NCBI GenBank assembly: GCA_003278145.1
Contig: QCGV01000005.1
Location: 645 to 64,644, forward strand
Source of the DNA: OCS116 cluster bacterium AG-390-A19
GTDB lineage: Bacteria; Pseudomonadota; Alphaproteobacteria; MED-G09
Reading direction: 5' to 3'
Length of the DNA stretch: 64,000 bases
A program made the translations under genes and the position numbers. Shown here in pieces: positions 48,130 to 57,192 of the stretch. The notes beneath the pieces are model-generated. The model had not been told where the DNA came from. It saw only the letters and a program-made list of their open reading frames with translations, and did not search any database. Position 1 is the stretch's first letter; every line of letters starts with the position of its first letter.

Positions 48130-50265
48130 ATGAGAAATATTAAGTCATTGAAAGATATAGATTTGGATTTAAATATATTAGATAACAATAAGTTAGATAG
48201 AAAAAATAATGTTTATGATACACCCGAAGGAATAGAATTAAAATCATTTTATACTAAAAAAGATATTGAAAACCTTAATCATATAGACTCATTACCCGGT
48301 ATAGATCCATTCGTTAGAGGTCCTTATCCAACAATGTATACAAATAAACCATGGACCATTAGACAATACGCAGGTTTTTCTACTGCTGAAGAGTCAAATG
48401 CATTCTATAGAAAAAATCTTGAAAATGGACAAATGGGTTTATCTATTGCTTTTGATTTGGCTACTCATAGAGGTTACGACTCTGATAATCCAAGAGTTTC
48501 AGGTGATGTTGGAATGGCAGGAGTTGCAATAGACTCAATTCTTGATATGAGGGTTCTCTTTAAAGATATTCCTCTAGATAAAATGTCTGTTTCAATGACT
48601 ATGAATGGAGCAGTAATTCCAATTATGGCCTTATATATCGTTGCGGCCGAGGAACAGGGTGTTTCAACAGATCAATTAAAAGGAACAATTCAAAATGATA
48701 TTTTAAAAGAATTTATGGTGAGAAATACGTATATATACCCTCCAAAACCCTCAATGAGAATAATTTCAGATATTTTTAGATATACTGCTGAAAATATGCC
48801 AAAATTTAATTCAATATCAATATCGGGCTATCATATGCAAGAAGCCGGTGCATCAGCTGATTTAGAGCTAGCATATACAATTGCTGACGGACTTGAATAC
48901 ATAAAAGCTGGAATAAACGCTGGATTAGATATTGATGCCTTTGCTCCTCGCCTATCATTTTTTTGGGCAATTGGTATGGATTATTTTATGGAAATAGCAA
49001 AAATGAGGGCTGGACGTTTAATTTGGGCTAATTTGGTAAGAGAATTTAATCCTAAAGATCAAAGATCCCTTGCTTTAAGAACTCATTGTCAGACATCTGG
49101 ATGGTCTTTAACAGCTCAAGACCCTCTTAACAATATTACAAGAACATGTATTGAGGCATTAGCTGCAACTCATGGACATACTCAATCTTTGCATACTAAT
49201 AGTTTCGATGAAGCTATTGCATTACCGACTGATTTTTCTGCTAGAATTGCTAGAAACACTCAATTATTTATTCAAAATGAAACAGGCACGTGTAATGTTA
49301 TAGATCCCTGGGGTGGCTCATTTTTTATTGAAAAATTAACCTCAGATCTTGCTGAAAAAGCTCTTGGACATATTGACGAAATTAACAAATATGGTGGTAT
49401 GACTGAGGCAATTGAAAAAAACATTCCAAAAATGAGAATTGAAGAGTCAGCTACTAAAGTTCAAGCAAGAATTGACTCAAGTGAGAAAACTGTTGTTGGT
49501 GTCAATAAGTTTACTTTATCGGATAACGAAGAGGAAAAAATAGATATTAAAAAAGTAGATAATTCTCAAGTTCTTGCTAATCAAATAGAGAGATTAAAAA
49601 AATTAAAATCTGAAAGAAATAATAATGAAGTCATAGAAAAACTAGAAAAAATTAGGGTTGGAATTAAACAAAATAAGAATGTTTTAGAACTTGCTGTTAA
49701 TGCTGCAAGAGTAGGTGCAACTGTTGGTGAAATTTCTGATGCAATGGAAGAGGTTTGGGATAGGCATAAAGCTGATGTAACCCTAGTAAAAAATACTTAT
49801 GCAAATAACTTTTCCTCAGAAAAAATTGATTACATAAGAAAAAGAGCCAAAGACTTTGAGGTAAAAGAACATAGAAAGCCTAAGGTATTTATAGCAAAGT
49901 TAGGGCAAGATGGTCATGATAGAGGTCAAAAAGTAGTTGCAAGCGCCCTTGTTGATATGGGTTTTGACATTGAAGTTGGCTCCTTATTCCAAACACCATC
50001 TGAAGTAGCTGAATTAGTTCTAAAAACAAAGTCCGATATTGTTGCAGCCTCCTCTTTAGCAGCCGGTCATTTGACTTTGGTTCCTCAATTAAAAGATGAA
50101 CTAAATATAAGAGGCCTTGAAGATATTCATATAGTGGTAGGCGGAGTAATACCAAAAGATGATTTTAGTGCGCTTTTAGATTCTGGTGCATCAGCAATTT
50201 TTGCTACAGGAACTAATATTGTAGATGCTGCAGCCGAATTATTAAATATATTAGAAATTAAGTAG
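48130..50265 (+). CDS. mutB: methylmalonyl-CoA mutase large (alpha) subunit, adenosylcobalamin-dependent
   Basis: 711 aa, 'PWTIRQYAGFSTAEESNAFYR', 'GYHMQEAGA', 'DPWGGSFFIEKLT', and C-terminal cobalamin motif DxHxxG in 'GQDGHDRGQKV' (49909..49926). Confidence 0.95.
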   Translation: MRNIKSLKDIDLDLNILDNNKLDRKNNVYDTPEGIELKSFYTKKDIENLNHIDSLPGIDPFVRGPYPTMYTNKPWTIRQYAGFSTAEESNAFYRKNLENGQMGLSIAFDLATHRGYDSDNPRVSGDVGMAGVAIDSILDMRVLFKDIPLDKMSVSMTMNGAVIPIMALYIVAAEEQGVSTDQLKGTIQNDILKEFMVRNTYIYPPKPSMRIISDIFRYTAENMPKFNSISISGYHMQEAGASADLELAYTIADGLEYIKAGINAGLDIDAFAPRLSFFWAIGMDYFMEIAKMRAGRLIWANLVREFNPKDQRSLALRTHCQTSGWSLTAQDPLNNITRTCIEALAATHGHTQSLHTNSFDEAIALPTDFSARIARNTQLFIQNETGTCNVIDPWGGSFFIEKLTSDLAEKALGHIDEINKYGGMTEAIEKNIPKMRIEESATKVQARIDSSEKTVVGVNKFTLSDNEEEKIDIKKVDNSQVLANQIERLKKLKSERNNNEVIEKLEKIRVGIKQNKNVLELAVNAARVGATVGEISDAMEEVWDRHKADVTLVKNTYANNFSSEKIDYIRKRAKDFEVKEHRKPKVFIAKLGQDGHDRGQKVVASALVDMGFDIEVGSLFQTPSEVAELVLKTKSDIVAASSLAAGHLTLVPQLKDELNIRGLEDIHIVVGGVIPKDDFSALLDSGASAIFATGTNIVDAAAELLNILEIK

Positions 50266-51127
50266 TTTCCTTATTAATTACTCTAATTAACCCCTCTTGA
50301 GCAACAGAAGCCACTAAATTACCAGAAGTATCAAATATACTTCCTCTATTAAAACCTCTTGCTCCTGAAGCAGATGGACTATCTTGACTATAAAGAAGCC
50401 ACTCATCAGCTTTAAAGGGTCTATGAAACCACATTGCATGATCTAAACTTGCTGATTGAAGATTAGGACTCATAAAGTTAATACCATGAGGATTTGTGCA
50501 AGTATCTAATAATGACATATCTGACATATAAGCAAGAACACATTGATGCAATGAGACATTTTCTGGTAATGAGGATTTTGCTCTAAACCATACTAAATTT
50601 TGAGGAATTTTTGGTTGAGGATTCATTAAATCTACTGGATCTATAGGCCTAACCTCTACTGGCCATTCTTTATTGAAAGAATCCTTAAATTCCTCCGGAA
50701 CATTTTTAATTATTTTTCTCCTTAAATCATGCTCGGATGGAAGATCATTATAATTTAAAACATCAGGCATAGGGTCTTGATGATTTAAACCTTCTTCTTC
50801 TATTTGGAATGAAGCAGATAAATTAAAAATTTTCTTGCCATGTTGAACAGCAACAACCCTTCTTGAAGTAAACGACCTTCCATCTCTTGCTCTATCAACT
50901 TCATAGAGAATTGGGACCTTAGGATCACCTGCTCTAAGAAAATATGCATGAAGAGAATGACAAACTCTATTTTCAACAGTTCTACTGGCTGCGACTAACG
51001 CTTGGCCAATAACTTGACCTCCAAAAACTCTTTGCCATCTATCAGTTGGACTTCGACCTCTAAAAAGATTTACCTCAATTCTTTCAATATCCAATAAATC
51101 AATTAAATCATCTAATCTTTTATTCAT
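50258..51127 (-). CDS. tesB: acyl-CoA thioesterase II
   Basis: 289 aa, double hot-dog fold, 'LFRGRSPTDRWQRVFGGQVIGQALVAA'. Confidence 0.9.
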   Translation of the reverse strand: MNKRLDDLIDLLDIERIEVNLFRGRSPTDRWQRVFGGQVIGQALVAASRTVENRVCHSLHAYFLRAGDPKVPILYEVDRARDGRSFTSRRVVAVQHGKKIFNLSASFQIEEEGLNHQDPMPDVLNYNDLPSEHDLRRKIIKNVPEEFKDSFNKEWPVEVRPIDPVDLMNPQPKIPQNLVWFRAKSSLPENVSLHQCVLAYMSDMSLLDTCTNPHGINFMSPNLQSASLDHAMWFHRPFKADEWLLYSQDSPSASGARGFNRGSIFDTSGNLVASVAQEGLIRVINKETT

Positions 51128-51131
51128 TAAT

Positions 51132-51848
51132 TTACCTTGCTCTTTGATTAAAAAGTATAGATTTTGCTTTTTTTGCTTCTTTAGTATTGTCTGCTAAAGA
51201 CTGCCTTCTTAATTCTTTACCAACAGCAAAGCCTCTCTTAACAGCTGGTCTATTGCCAACTTTTTCTAACCATTTTTCTAGATATGGAAAATCAGATATT
51301 TTTTGACCTTGATTTTTCCATGGTTTTACCCAACCCCAACACGCCATGTCAGCAATTGAGTATCTTCCGGCAAGATACTCATTTTTTCTTAATTGCTTAT
51401 TCATAACACCATAAAGTCTATTTACTTCATCAGTATACCTTTTAACTGCATAGCTAATTTTTTTTGGAGCGTATTGTCTAAAATGATGAGCTTGGCCAGC
51501 CATGGGTCCAAGACCACACATTTGCCAATAAATCCATTCATCAACTTTAACCCTATCTCTTTCATTTTTTGGATAAAATTTTCCTGATTTTCGGCCAAGG
51601 TATTGAAGAATAGCTCCTGACTCAAATACTGAAATCGGTTTACCACCAGGTCCATCAGGATCAATAATCGCTGGCATTCGATTATTTGGTGAAATCTTTA
51701 AAAACTTAGGCTTAAATTGATCGCCCTTTCCAATATTTACAGGTTTTAGAACGTAAGGAATTTTACACTCTTCTAACATTATAGAGATTTTCCATCCATT
51801 TGGCGTAGGCCAATAATATAATTCAATAGGTTTTTTTTGTTTCTTCAT
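51132..51848 (-). CDS. Nu-class glutathione S-transferase (YfcG/YghU-like)
   Basis: 238 aa, 'YYWPTPNGWKISIMLEE', 'ISPNNRMPAI', 'VFESGAILQYL'. Confidence 0.85.
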   Translation of the reverse strand: MKKQKKPIELYYWPTPNGWKISIMLEECKIPYVLKPVNIGKGDQFKPKFLKISPNNRMPAIIDPDGPGGKPISVFESGAILQYLGRKSGKFYPKNERDRVKVDEWIYWQMCGLGPMAGQAHHFRQYAPKKISYAVKRYTDEVNRLYGVMNKQLRKNEYLAGRYSIADMACWGWVKPWKNQGQKISDFPYLEKWLEKVGNRPAVKRGFAVGKELRRQSLADNTKEAKKAKSILFNQRAR

Positions 51849-51851
51849 TTT

Positions 51852-53321
51852 TTAACCTTTTTTTAAAAGTTTTTTGCCTAAAATTTCATTTACTGTCTTA
51901 GGATTAGCTTTACCTTGTGTTTCCTTCATTACCTGTCCAACAAACCAACCAATTAGGTTTGGTTTTTCCGACAATGCATTAACCTGATCAGGGTTATTTT
52001 CTATAATTTTATCTATAACTGATTCAATTTCGCTTAAATCATTAACTTGCTTCATATTATTTGCATCTACAATAGATGCCGGATTCTCACCTGTATCAAG
52101 CATTATTTCAAATACATCTTTCGCAATCCTACCAGTGATGGTTTCATTATCAATTAAATTAACTAATTCCCCTAGATCCTCGGCTTTAATAGGGCAATCT
52201 TCAATTGTTTTATTGATTTTATTTAAAACTGAGAATAATTCACCTATTACCCAATTACAGACTAGTTTGGGATTACTATTTTCAGCAGCTGCCTCAAAAT
52301 AGTCAGCAGTTTCTTTCTCTGAGACTAAAATATTTGAGTCGTAGGATGACAAGTCATAGTCTTCAATAAATCTTTTTTTTCTAATATCTGGAAGCTCTGG
52401 TAATGTTTTTTTTAGCTCGTCAACAAATTCATCAGTAAATGTTAGCGGCAATAAGTCAGGATCAGGAAAATACCTATAATCATGAGAGTCCTCTTTACTT
52501 CTCATTGACCTTGTTTGACCTTTTTTTGGATCAAAAAGTCTAGTTTGTTGTTCAATTAAGTCACCCTTCTCTATTAAATTTATTTGTCTTTTTGCTTCAT
52601 AATCAATAGCTTGCCCAATAAACTTAATTGAGTTTACATTTTTTATTTCACATCGTGTTCCAAGGTCATCTCCCGGCTTTCTAACTGAAACATTTATATC
52701 AGCTCTTAAAGAGCCTTCTTCCATATTACCATCACAAGTTTGTAAATATTTCATAATATTTCTTAGTTTTTTAACATAAGTTTGTGCTTCCTCAGGTGAT
52801 CTCATGTCTGGCATCGATACTATCTCCATTAATGCAACACCTGATCTATTTAGATCTACAAATGAATAGCTTGGATGTTGATCATGAAGTGATTTTCCTG
52901 CATCCTGCTCTAAATGAAGTCTTTCAATTCCAATGTTTTTTGACTCACCATTATCTAGATCAATTGTTATCATTCCATTGCCAACGATAGGTTGTTCAAA
53001 TTGGGAAATTTGATATCCTTGAGGTAAATCAGGATAAAAATAATTCTTTCTATCAAAAATAGAGAAGTTATTAATTTTAGCATTTAACCCTAATCCCGTT
53101 TTTATAGCCTGCTCAACACATACCGAATTAATAACAGGTAACATTCCAGGCATTCCAGCATCGACAAAGCTTACCTGTGTATTATGATCTGCACCAAAAG
53201 ATGTAGAAGATCCAGAAAAGAGTTTTGAATTTGAAATTATTTGGGCATGTACTTCGATACCAATAACAATCTCCCAATCACCAGTGTTTCCTTTAACTAA
53301 GTTATTCATTGAACCCACCAT
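51852..53321 (-). CDS. gatB: Asp/Glu-tRNA amidotransferase subunit B
   Basis: 489 aa, '[12 protein letters not shown]', '[11 protein letters not shown]'. An alternative start at ATG 53309 would form an ATGA overlap with the gatA stop. Confidence 0.95.
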   Translation of the reverse strand: MVGSMNNLVKGNTGDWEIVIGIEVHAQIISNSKLFSGSSTSFGADHNTQVSFVDAGMPGMLPVINSVCVEQAIKTGLGLNAKINNFSIFDRKNYFYPDLPQGYQISQFEQPIVGNGMITIDLDNGESKNIGIERLHLEQDAGKSLHDQHPSYSFVDLNRSGVALMEIVSMPDMRSPEEAQTYVKKLRNIMKYLQTCDGNMEEGSLRADINVSVRKPGDDLGTRCEIKNVNSIKFIGQAIDYEAKRQINLIEKGDLIEQQTRLFDPKKGQTRSMRSKEDSHDYRYFPDPDLLPLTFTDEFVDELKKTLPELPDIRKKRFIEDYDLSSYDSNILVSEKETADYFEAAAENSNPKLVCNWVIGELFSVLNKINKTIEDCPIKAEDLGELVNLIDNETITGRIAKDVFEIMLDTGENPASIVDANNMKQVNDLSEIESVIDKIIENNPDQVNALSEKPNLIGWFVGQVMKETQGKANPKTVNEILGKKLLKKG

Positions 53322-54784
53322 TGATTTTCAATATTTTTAAAATTTGCTGAATCCTCAATAACTTTTGCAAATGAATAAATAGTCTCTTCCTCAAAAGGTT
53401 TTCCAATAAGCTGGAGTCCCAGAGGTAATCCATTTGAGTCTAAACCAGCGGGAACAGATATAGCCGGGAGACCAGCAAGATTAACAGGGACTGTAAAAAT
53501 ATCATTTAAATACATTGATAATGGATCATCCGATTTTTCATTCAAACCAAACGCTGAACTTGGTGTAGAAGGCGTTAATATAACATCAACACTATTAAAG
53601 ACCTTATTATAATCTTCTGTTATTAAAGACCTTACTTTTTGAGCTTTTAAATAATAAGCATCATAATATCCTGAAGATAAAACATAGGTTCCTATCATAA
53701 TCCTTCTCTTAACTTCATCTCCAAAGCCTTCAGATCTTGTAGCTTTATACATTTCATTTATATCAGATGAATTTACAGAATGGCCAAACCTTACACCATC
53801 ATATCTAGCTAAATTTGATGATGCTTCAGCTGGGGCAATTATATAGTAGCAAGGAAGAGCGTATTTTGTATTAGGTAAAGAAATATCAATAATTTCTGCT
53901 CCTGATTTTTTTAACCATTCTTTTCCTTTATTCCAAATGTCTATGATCTCATCAGACATGCCTTCTTGAAAAAACTCATTAGGAATACCAACTTTCAGTC
54001 CCTTAACACTATTTCCAATTGATTCTTCAAAATTTGGGATTTTTTTCGAGGAACTAGTTGTATCTTTTGGGTCATGACTACACATATTTTTTAATAAAAT
54101 AGCGTTATCTCTAACATTTCTTGTTATAGGGCCTGCTTGATCTAAAGAAGAGGCAAATGCTATTATACCCCAACGAGAGCATCTACCATAAGTTGGTTTT
54201 AATCCTACAGTACCAGTAAATGAAGCTGGTTGCCTTATTGATCCTCCCGTATCTGTTCCGAGAGCTCCAAGACTAATATTTGCAGCTACAGATGCTGATG
54301 ATCCTCCTGATGAGCCTCCTGGTACTAAATTTTGTTCATTATTATTACCTTTCCATGGATTTATTACAGGTCCATAAAAACTTGTTTCATTGGAAGAACC
54401 CATCGCAAATTCATCATTATTTAGTTTTCCTAATAATATCGCGCCTTCATTCCATAAATTATTAGTAACTGTAGACTCATACGGCGGAATAAAATTTGAA
54501 AGCATTTTACTTGAGGCAGAGGTTAATACACCTTTAGTACAAAACATATCTTTAACACCTATAGGAATTCCCTCTAAATCTCTATTTGTCCCTTTATTAA
54601 ACCTTAAATCAGAATTCTCAGCTGATTTAATAGCAATTTCAGGAGTTTCAGTGATAAAAGCGTTTAAAGATCTTGAAGACTCCATTGCCTCAATATGATC
54701 TAGTACAAGTTCCTTAGAGGTAAAGTCTTTATTTAAAAGACCCTCTCTAGCATCGTAAAGACATAATTCAGTTAATTTTTTCAT
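53306..54784 (-). CDS. gatA: Asp/Glu-tRNA amidotransferase subunit A
   Basis: 492 aa with amidase signature '[13 protein letters not shown]' and '[12 protein letters not shown]'. Confidence 0.96.
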   Translation of the reverse strand: MKKLTELCLYDAREGLLNKDFTSKELVLDHIEAMESSRSLNAFITETPEIAIKSAENSDLRFNKGTNRDLEGIPIGVKDMFCTKGVLTSASSKMLSNFIPPYESTVTNNLWNEGAILLGKLNNDEFAMGSSNETSFYGPVINPWKGNNNEQNLVPGGSSGGSSASVAANISLGALGTDTGGSIRQPASFTGTVGLKPTYGRCSRWGIIAFASSLDQAGPITRNVRDNAILLKNMCSHDPKDTTSSSKKIPNFEESIGNSVKGLKVGIPNEFFQEGMSDEIIDIWNKGKEWLKKSGAEIIDISLPNTKYALPCYYIIAPAEASSNLARYDGVRFGHSVNSSDINEMYKATRSEGFGDEVKRRIMIGTYVLSSGYYDAYYLKAQKVRSLITEDYNKVFNSVDVILTPSTPSSAFGLNEKSDDPLSMYLNDIFTVPVNLAGLPAISVPAGLDSNGLPLGLQLIGKPFEEETIYSFAKVIEDSANFKNIENQWWVQ

Positions 54785-55077
54785 TAATCTATAACCTTAG
54801 GAACAAGAAAAAAACCTTCTTCAGAGTTAGGCGCATTCACTGTTATATCTTCTCTATAATTACCATCGTTGATTATATCTTCTCTTTTTTTCATGCCTTT
54901 ATCATTATCAAAGGATGAAAATGTAGGTGAAACCGTTTCAGTATTAACCTCAGAAAGTTGATCTACCCAATCAATAATTTGATTCAAATCTTCTTGAAAC
55001 TTTTCGATCTCATTATCTTTGAAAGAAATTTTTGATAGATTAGCTATTTTTATAACATTATCTTTATCTACTGACAT
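54784..55077 (-). CDS. gatC: Asp/Glu-tRNA amidotransferase subunit C
   Basis: 97 aa, the first gene of gatC-gatA-gatB, 'IANLSKISF...E..KF..DL..I..WV..L'. Confidence 0.9.
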   Translation of the reverse strand: MSVDKDNVIKIANLSKISFKDNEIEKFQEDLNQIIDWVDQLSEVNTETVSPTFSSFDNDKGMKKREDIINDGNYREDITVNAPNSEEGFFLVPKVID

Positions 55078-55137
55078 TATTTCTCCTAAATTAAATTCAC
55101 AAATAGCAAAGTCTTACTTGCATCGCAACACTAACAA

Positions 55138-55620
55138 TTGATACTTATAAACATGATGATTAATGATTCAAAACAATTTCGAGAAATAATACCATATAAA
55201 GGCCCTATTTTAGGTATTGATTTAGGAACAAAGAGAATAGGTATGGCAATTTCTGATATAAATCAAAAAATTGCCTCACCTTTTAAAGTTGAAGAAAATA
55301 AAAATTTCTCTGAAATATTAAATGTTTTAAAAAAAATTAGAATTGATAGAGATATATGTTCTGTTATTGTTGGTGACCCAATAAATATGGATGGATCAAT
55401 TGGCCCAAAATCACAATCAAGCAGATCTTTTGTAAATAATTTATCTAAAGAAGTAAATATTCCAATTCTATTATGGGATGAGAGACTTACAACAGTATCG
55501 GCAGAGAGATCTCTATTAGAAGCAGATATATCAAGAAAAAAAAGGAAGCAAATAATAGATAAAATTGCCGCCTCAATAATTTTACAAAGTTTTTTAGATT
55601 ATCTGAATACTAAGAAATAA
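55138..55620 (+). CDS. ruvX: YqgF/RuvX putative pre-16S rRNA nuclease
   Basis: 'GIDLGTKRIGMAISD' and 'WDERLTT' motifs. The track start is TTG 55138, but ATG 55153 or 55156 is equally plausible. Confidence 0.88.
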   Translation: MILINMMINDSKQFREIIPYKGPILGIDLGTKRIGMAISDINQKIASPFKVEENKNFSEILNVLKKIRIDRDICSVIVGDPINMDGSIGPKSQSSRSFVNNLSKEVNIPILLWDERLTTVSAERSLLEADISRKKRKQIIDKIAASIILQSFLDYLNTKK

Positions 55621-56467
55621 TATCTCTGAGAAGAACCATTCTACACCATAAACCATAACGCATCTGATCAAAATATTTTGCTCTTGAGTCACTATCAAAT
55701 TCTCTTGGAATTTCAGAAACTCTGGGTAACGGATGCATAACGATTGATTTTTTAGGGAGTAAATTTAATTTTTCTAGTGATAAAGAATATTTATGATCAC
55801 TTCCTCTTTCAGTTTGAACTCTGGTCACATATAAAACATCAGTCTCATTTATAACCTCATCTATTTTGTTAGTTTCAAATGAGTTTTTTGGTAAAGATTC
55901 TTTTGGAAATGATAATTCTTTTGGACTAACAAAGTTAAAATGATTACCTGAATACCTAGATAATAATTTTACAAGACTCTTTACTGTTCTTCCATTCTTA
56001 AGATCACCAATCATTGTAATTCTTAAATTATCTATTTTTTCATTATTGTTATAAAAGATTGTAAATCCATCTAATAATGTTTGAGTAGGATGTTCCCCCT
56101 CACCGTCACCAGCGTTTATTATTGGAACCTTACTTACATCTGCAGCTTTAGCCACAGAACCTGTTACAGGGTGTCTTAAGACTATACAATCACTCATTGT
56201 CCCCATTGTAATAACTGTATCTTCAAGACTTTCACCTTTAATGGCGCTTGAAAATTTAACATTATTAATAGGTATAACCGATCCACCTTGTCTAACCATT
56301 GCGCTATAAAAGGATGATGATGTTCTAGTAGATGGTTCATAAAATAAATTAGTTAAAATTTTATTTTTTAAAGCATTTGAATGATTATTTTTTTGATCAA
56401 TAGCTTTTGACCATAAATCAAAAATATAATTTTCTTTCATATCGTCTACTGACAGAAGATGTTGCAC
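55610..56467 (-). CDS. pyrB: aspartate carbamoyltransferase catalytic subunit
   Basis: 285 aa, 'FYEPSTRTSSSF', 'HPTQTLLD', 'HPLPR'. No pyrI is adjacent. Confidence 0.9.
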   Translation of the reverse strand: MQHLLSVDDMKENYIFDLWSKAIDQKNNHSNALKNKILTNLFYEPSTRTSSSFYSAMVRQGGSVIPINNVKFSSAIKGESLEDTVITMGTMSDCIVLRHPVTGSVAKAADVSKVPIINAGDGEGEHPTQTLLDGFTIFYNNNEKIDNLRITMIGDLKNGRTVKSLVKLLSRYSGNHFNFVSPKELSFPKESLPKNSFETNKIDEVINETDVLYVTRVQTERGSDHKYSLSLEKLNLLPKKSIVMHPLPRVSEIPREFDSDSRAKYFDQMRYGLWCRMVLLRDIIS

Positions 56468-56499
56468 GTTTTTCCCTTTCAGATTACTTATATATTAAA

Positions 56500-57099
56500 A
56501 TGACAATTTTAAACCTTATATTTTTAAATTTTTTTATTATTTTAATAAGTTATCTTTTTGGTTCAATTCCCAGTGGATATATTTTAACAAAATATTTCAG
56601 TAAAATTGATATCACAAAGGAAGGCTCAGGAAATATTGGTGCTACAAATGTTTTAAGGTCTGGGTCAAAAAGATTAGCAATTTTTACATTATTACTAGAT
56701 GCATCAAAAGGTATTATACCAATAATAATTTTTTATAATTCAACTTTCTCTCTAATATTGGCAGGTTTATCATCCTTTATAGGGCACAATTATCCGATAT
56801 GGCTAAAATTTAATGGCGGTAAAGGTATAGCAACATATTTAGGAATTAGTTTCGCTGTATCTTTAAAGTTAGGGTTAATATTTATATTAATATGGTTAAT
56901 TACCGCGCTAATCTCAAAAACGTCCTCAATATCTTCACTTTTAACTATTTTTTTGATTCCTTTTATTTCTTTATTAATCTTAGATGACAAATTAATTTCA
57001 TTGCTTTTTTTAATTTTAACCTCTATTGCGTTTTATAGGCATAGATCAAATATAAAAAGAATTATCAACGGAAATGAACCAAAGATTAGTATAAAATAA
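56500..57099 (+). CDS. plsY: glycerol-3-phosphate acyltransferase PlsY
   Basis: 'GSGNIGATNVLR' and 'GGKGIAT' motifs. I chose Met 56500 ('MTILNLIF'). The track start at 56407 would run 61 nt antisense into pyrB. Confidence 0.88.
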   Translation: MTILNLIFLNFFIILISYLFGSIPSGYILTKYFSKIDITKEGSGNIGATNVLRSGSKRLAIFTLLLDASKGIIPIIIFYNSTFSLILAGLSSFIGHNYPIWLKFNGGKGIATYLGISFAVSLKLGLIFILIWLITALISKTSSISSLLTIFLIPFISLLILDDKLISLLFLILTSIAFYRHRSNIKRIINGNEPKISIK

Positions 57100-57192
57100 T
57101 TCTAAAAATAAAAAAAAATCTTGAATTATGATGTTAATTTTGACTAATTGAATGACTGAAATTGATTTTTTTTCAATTAGGGAGTTTTATAA

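Noticed and set aside
55610-56467. PyrB motif 'STRTS' in place of the enterobacterial 'STRTR', plus its short length (285 aa), as a sign of an inactive paralogue.
   Set aside because: The same STRTS variant occurs, as far as I recall, in active eukaryotic-type ATCases. The carbamoyl-phosphate and aspartate motifs (HPTQ, HPLPR) are intact.
57100-57192. Tiny ORFs (MMLILTN*, and an out-of-frame ORF running into topA) and the AATTGA-T8-TCAATT repeat upstream of topA as a leader-peptide attenuator.
   Set aside because: The ORFs have no RBS, the stem is 6 bp of mostly A:T, and nothing links them to a known attenuation mechanism.
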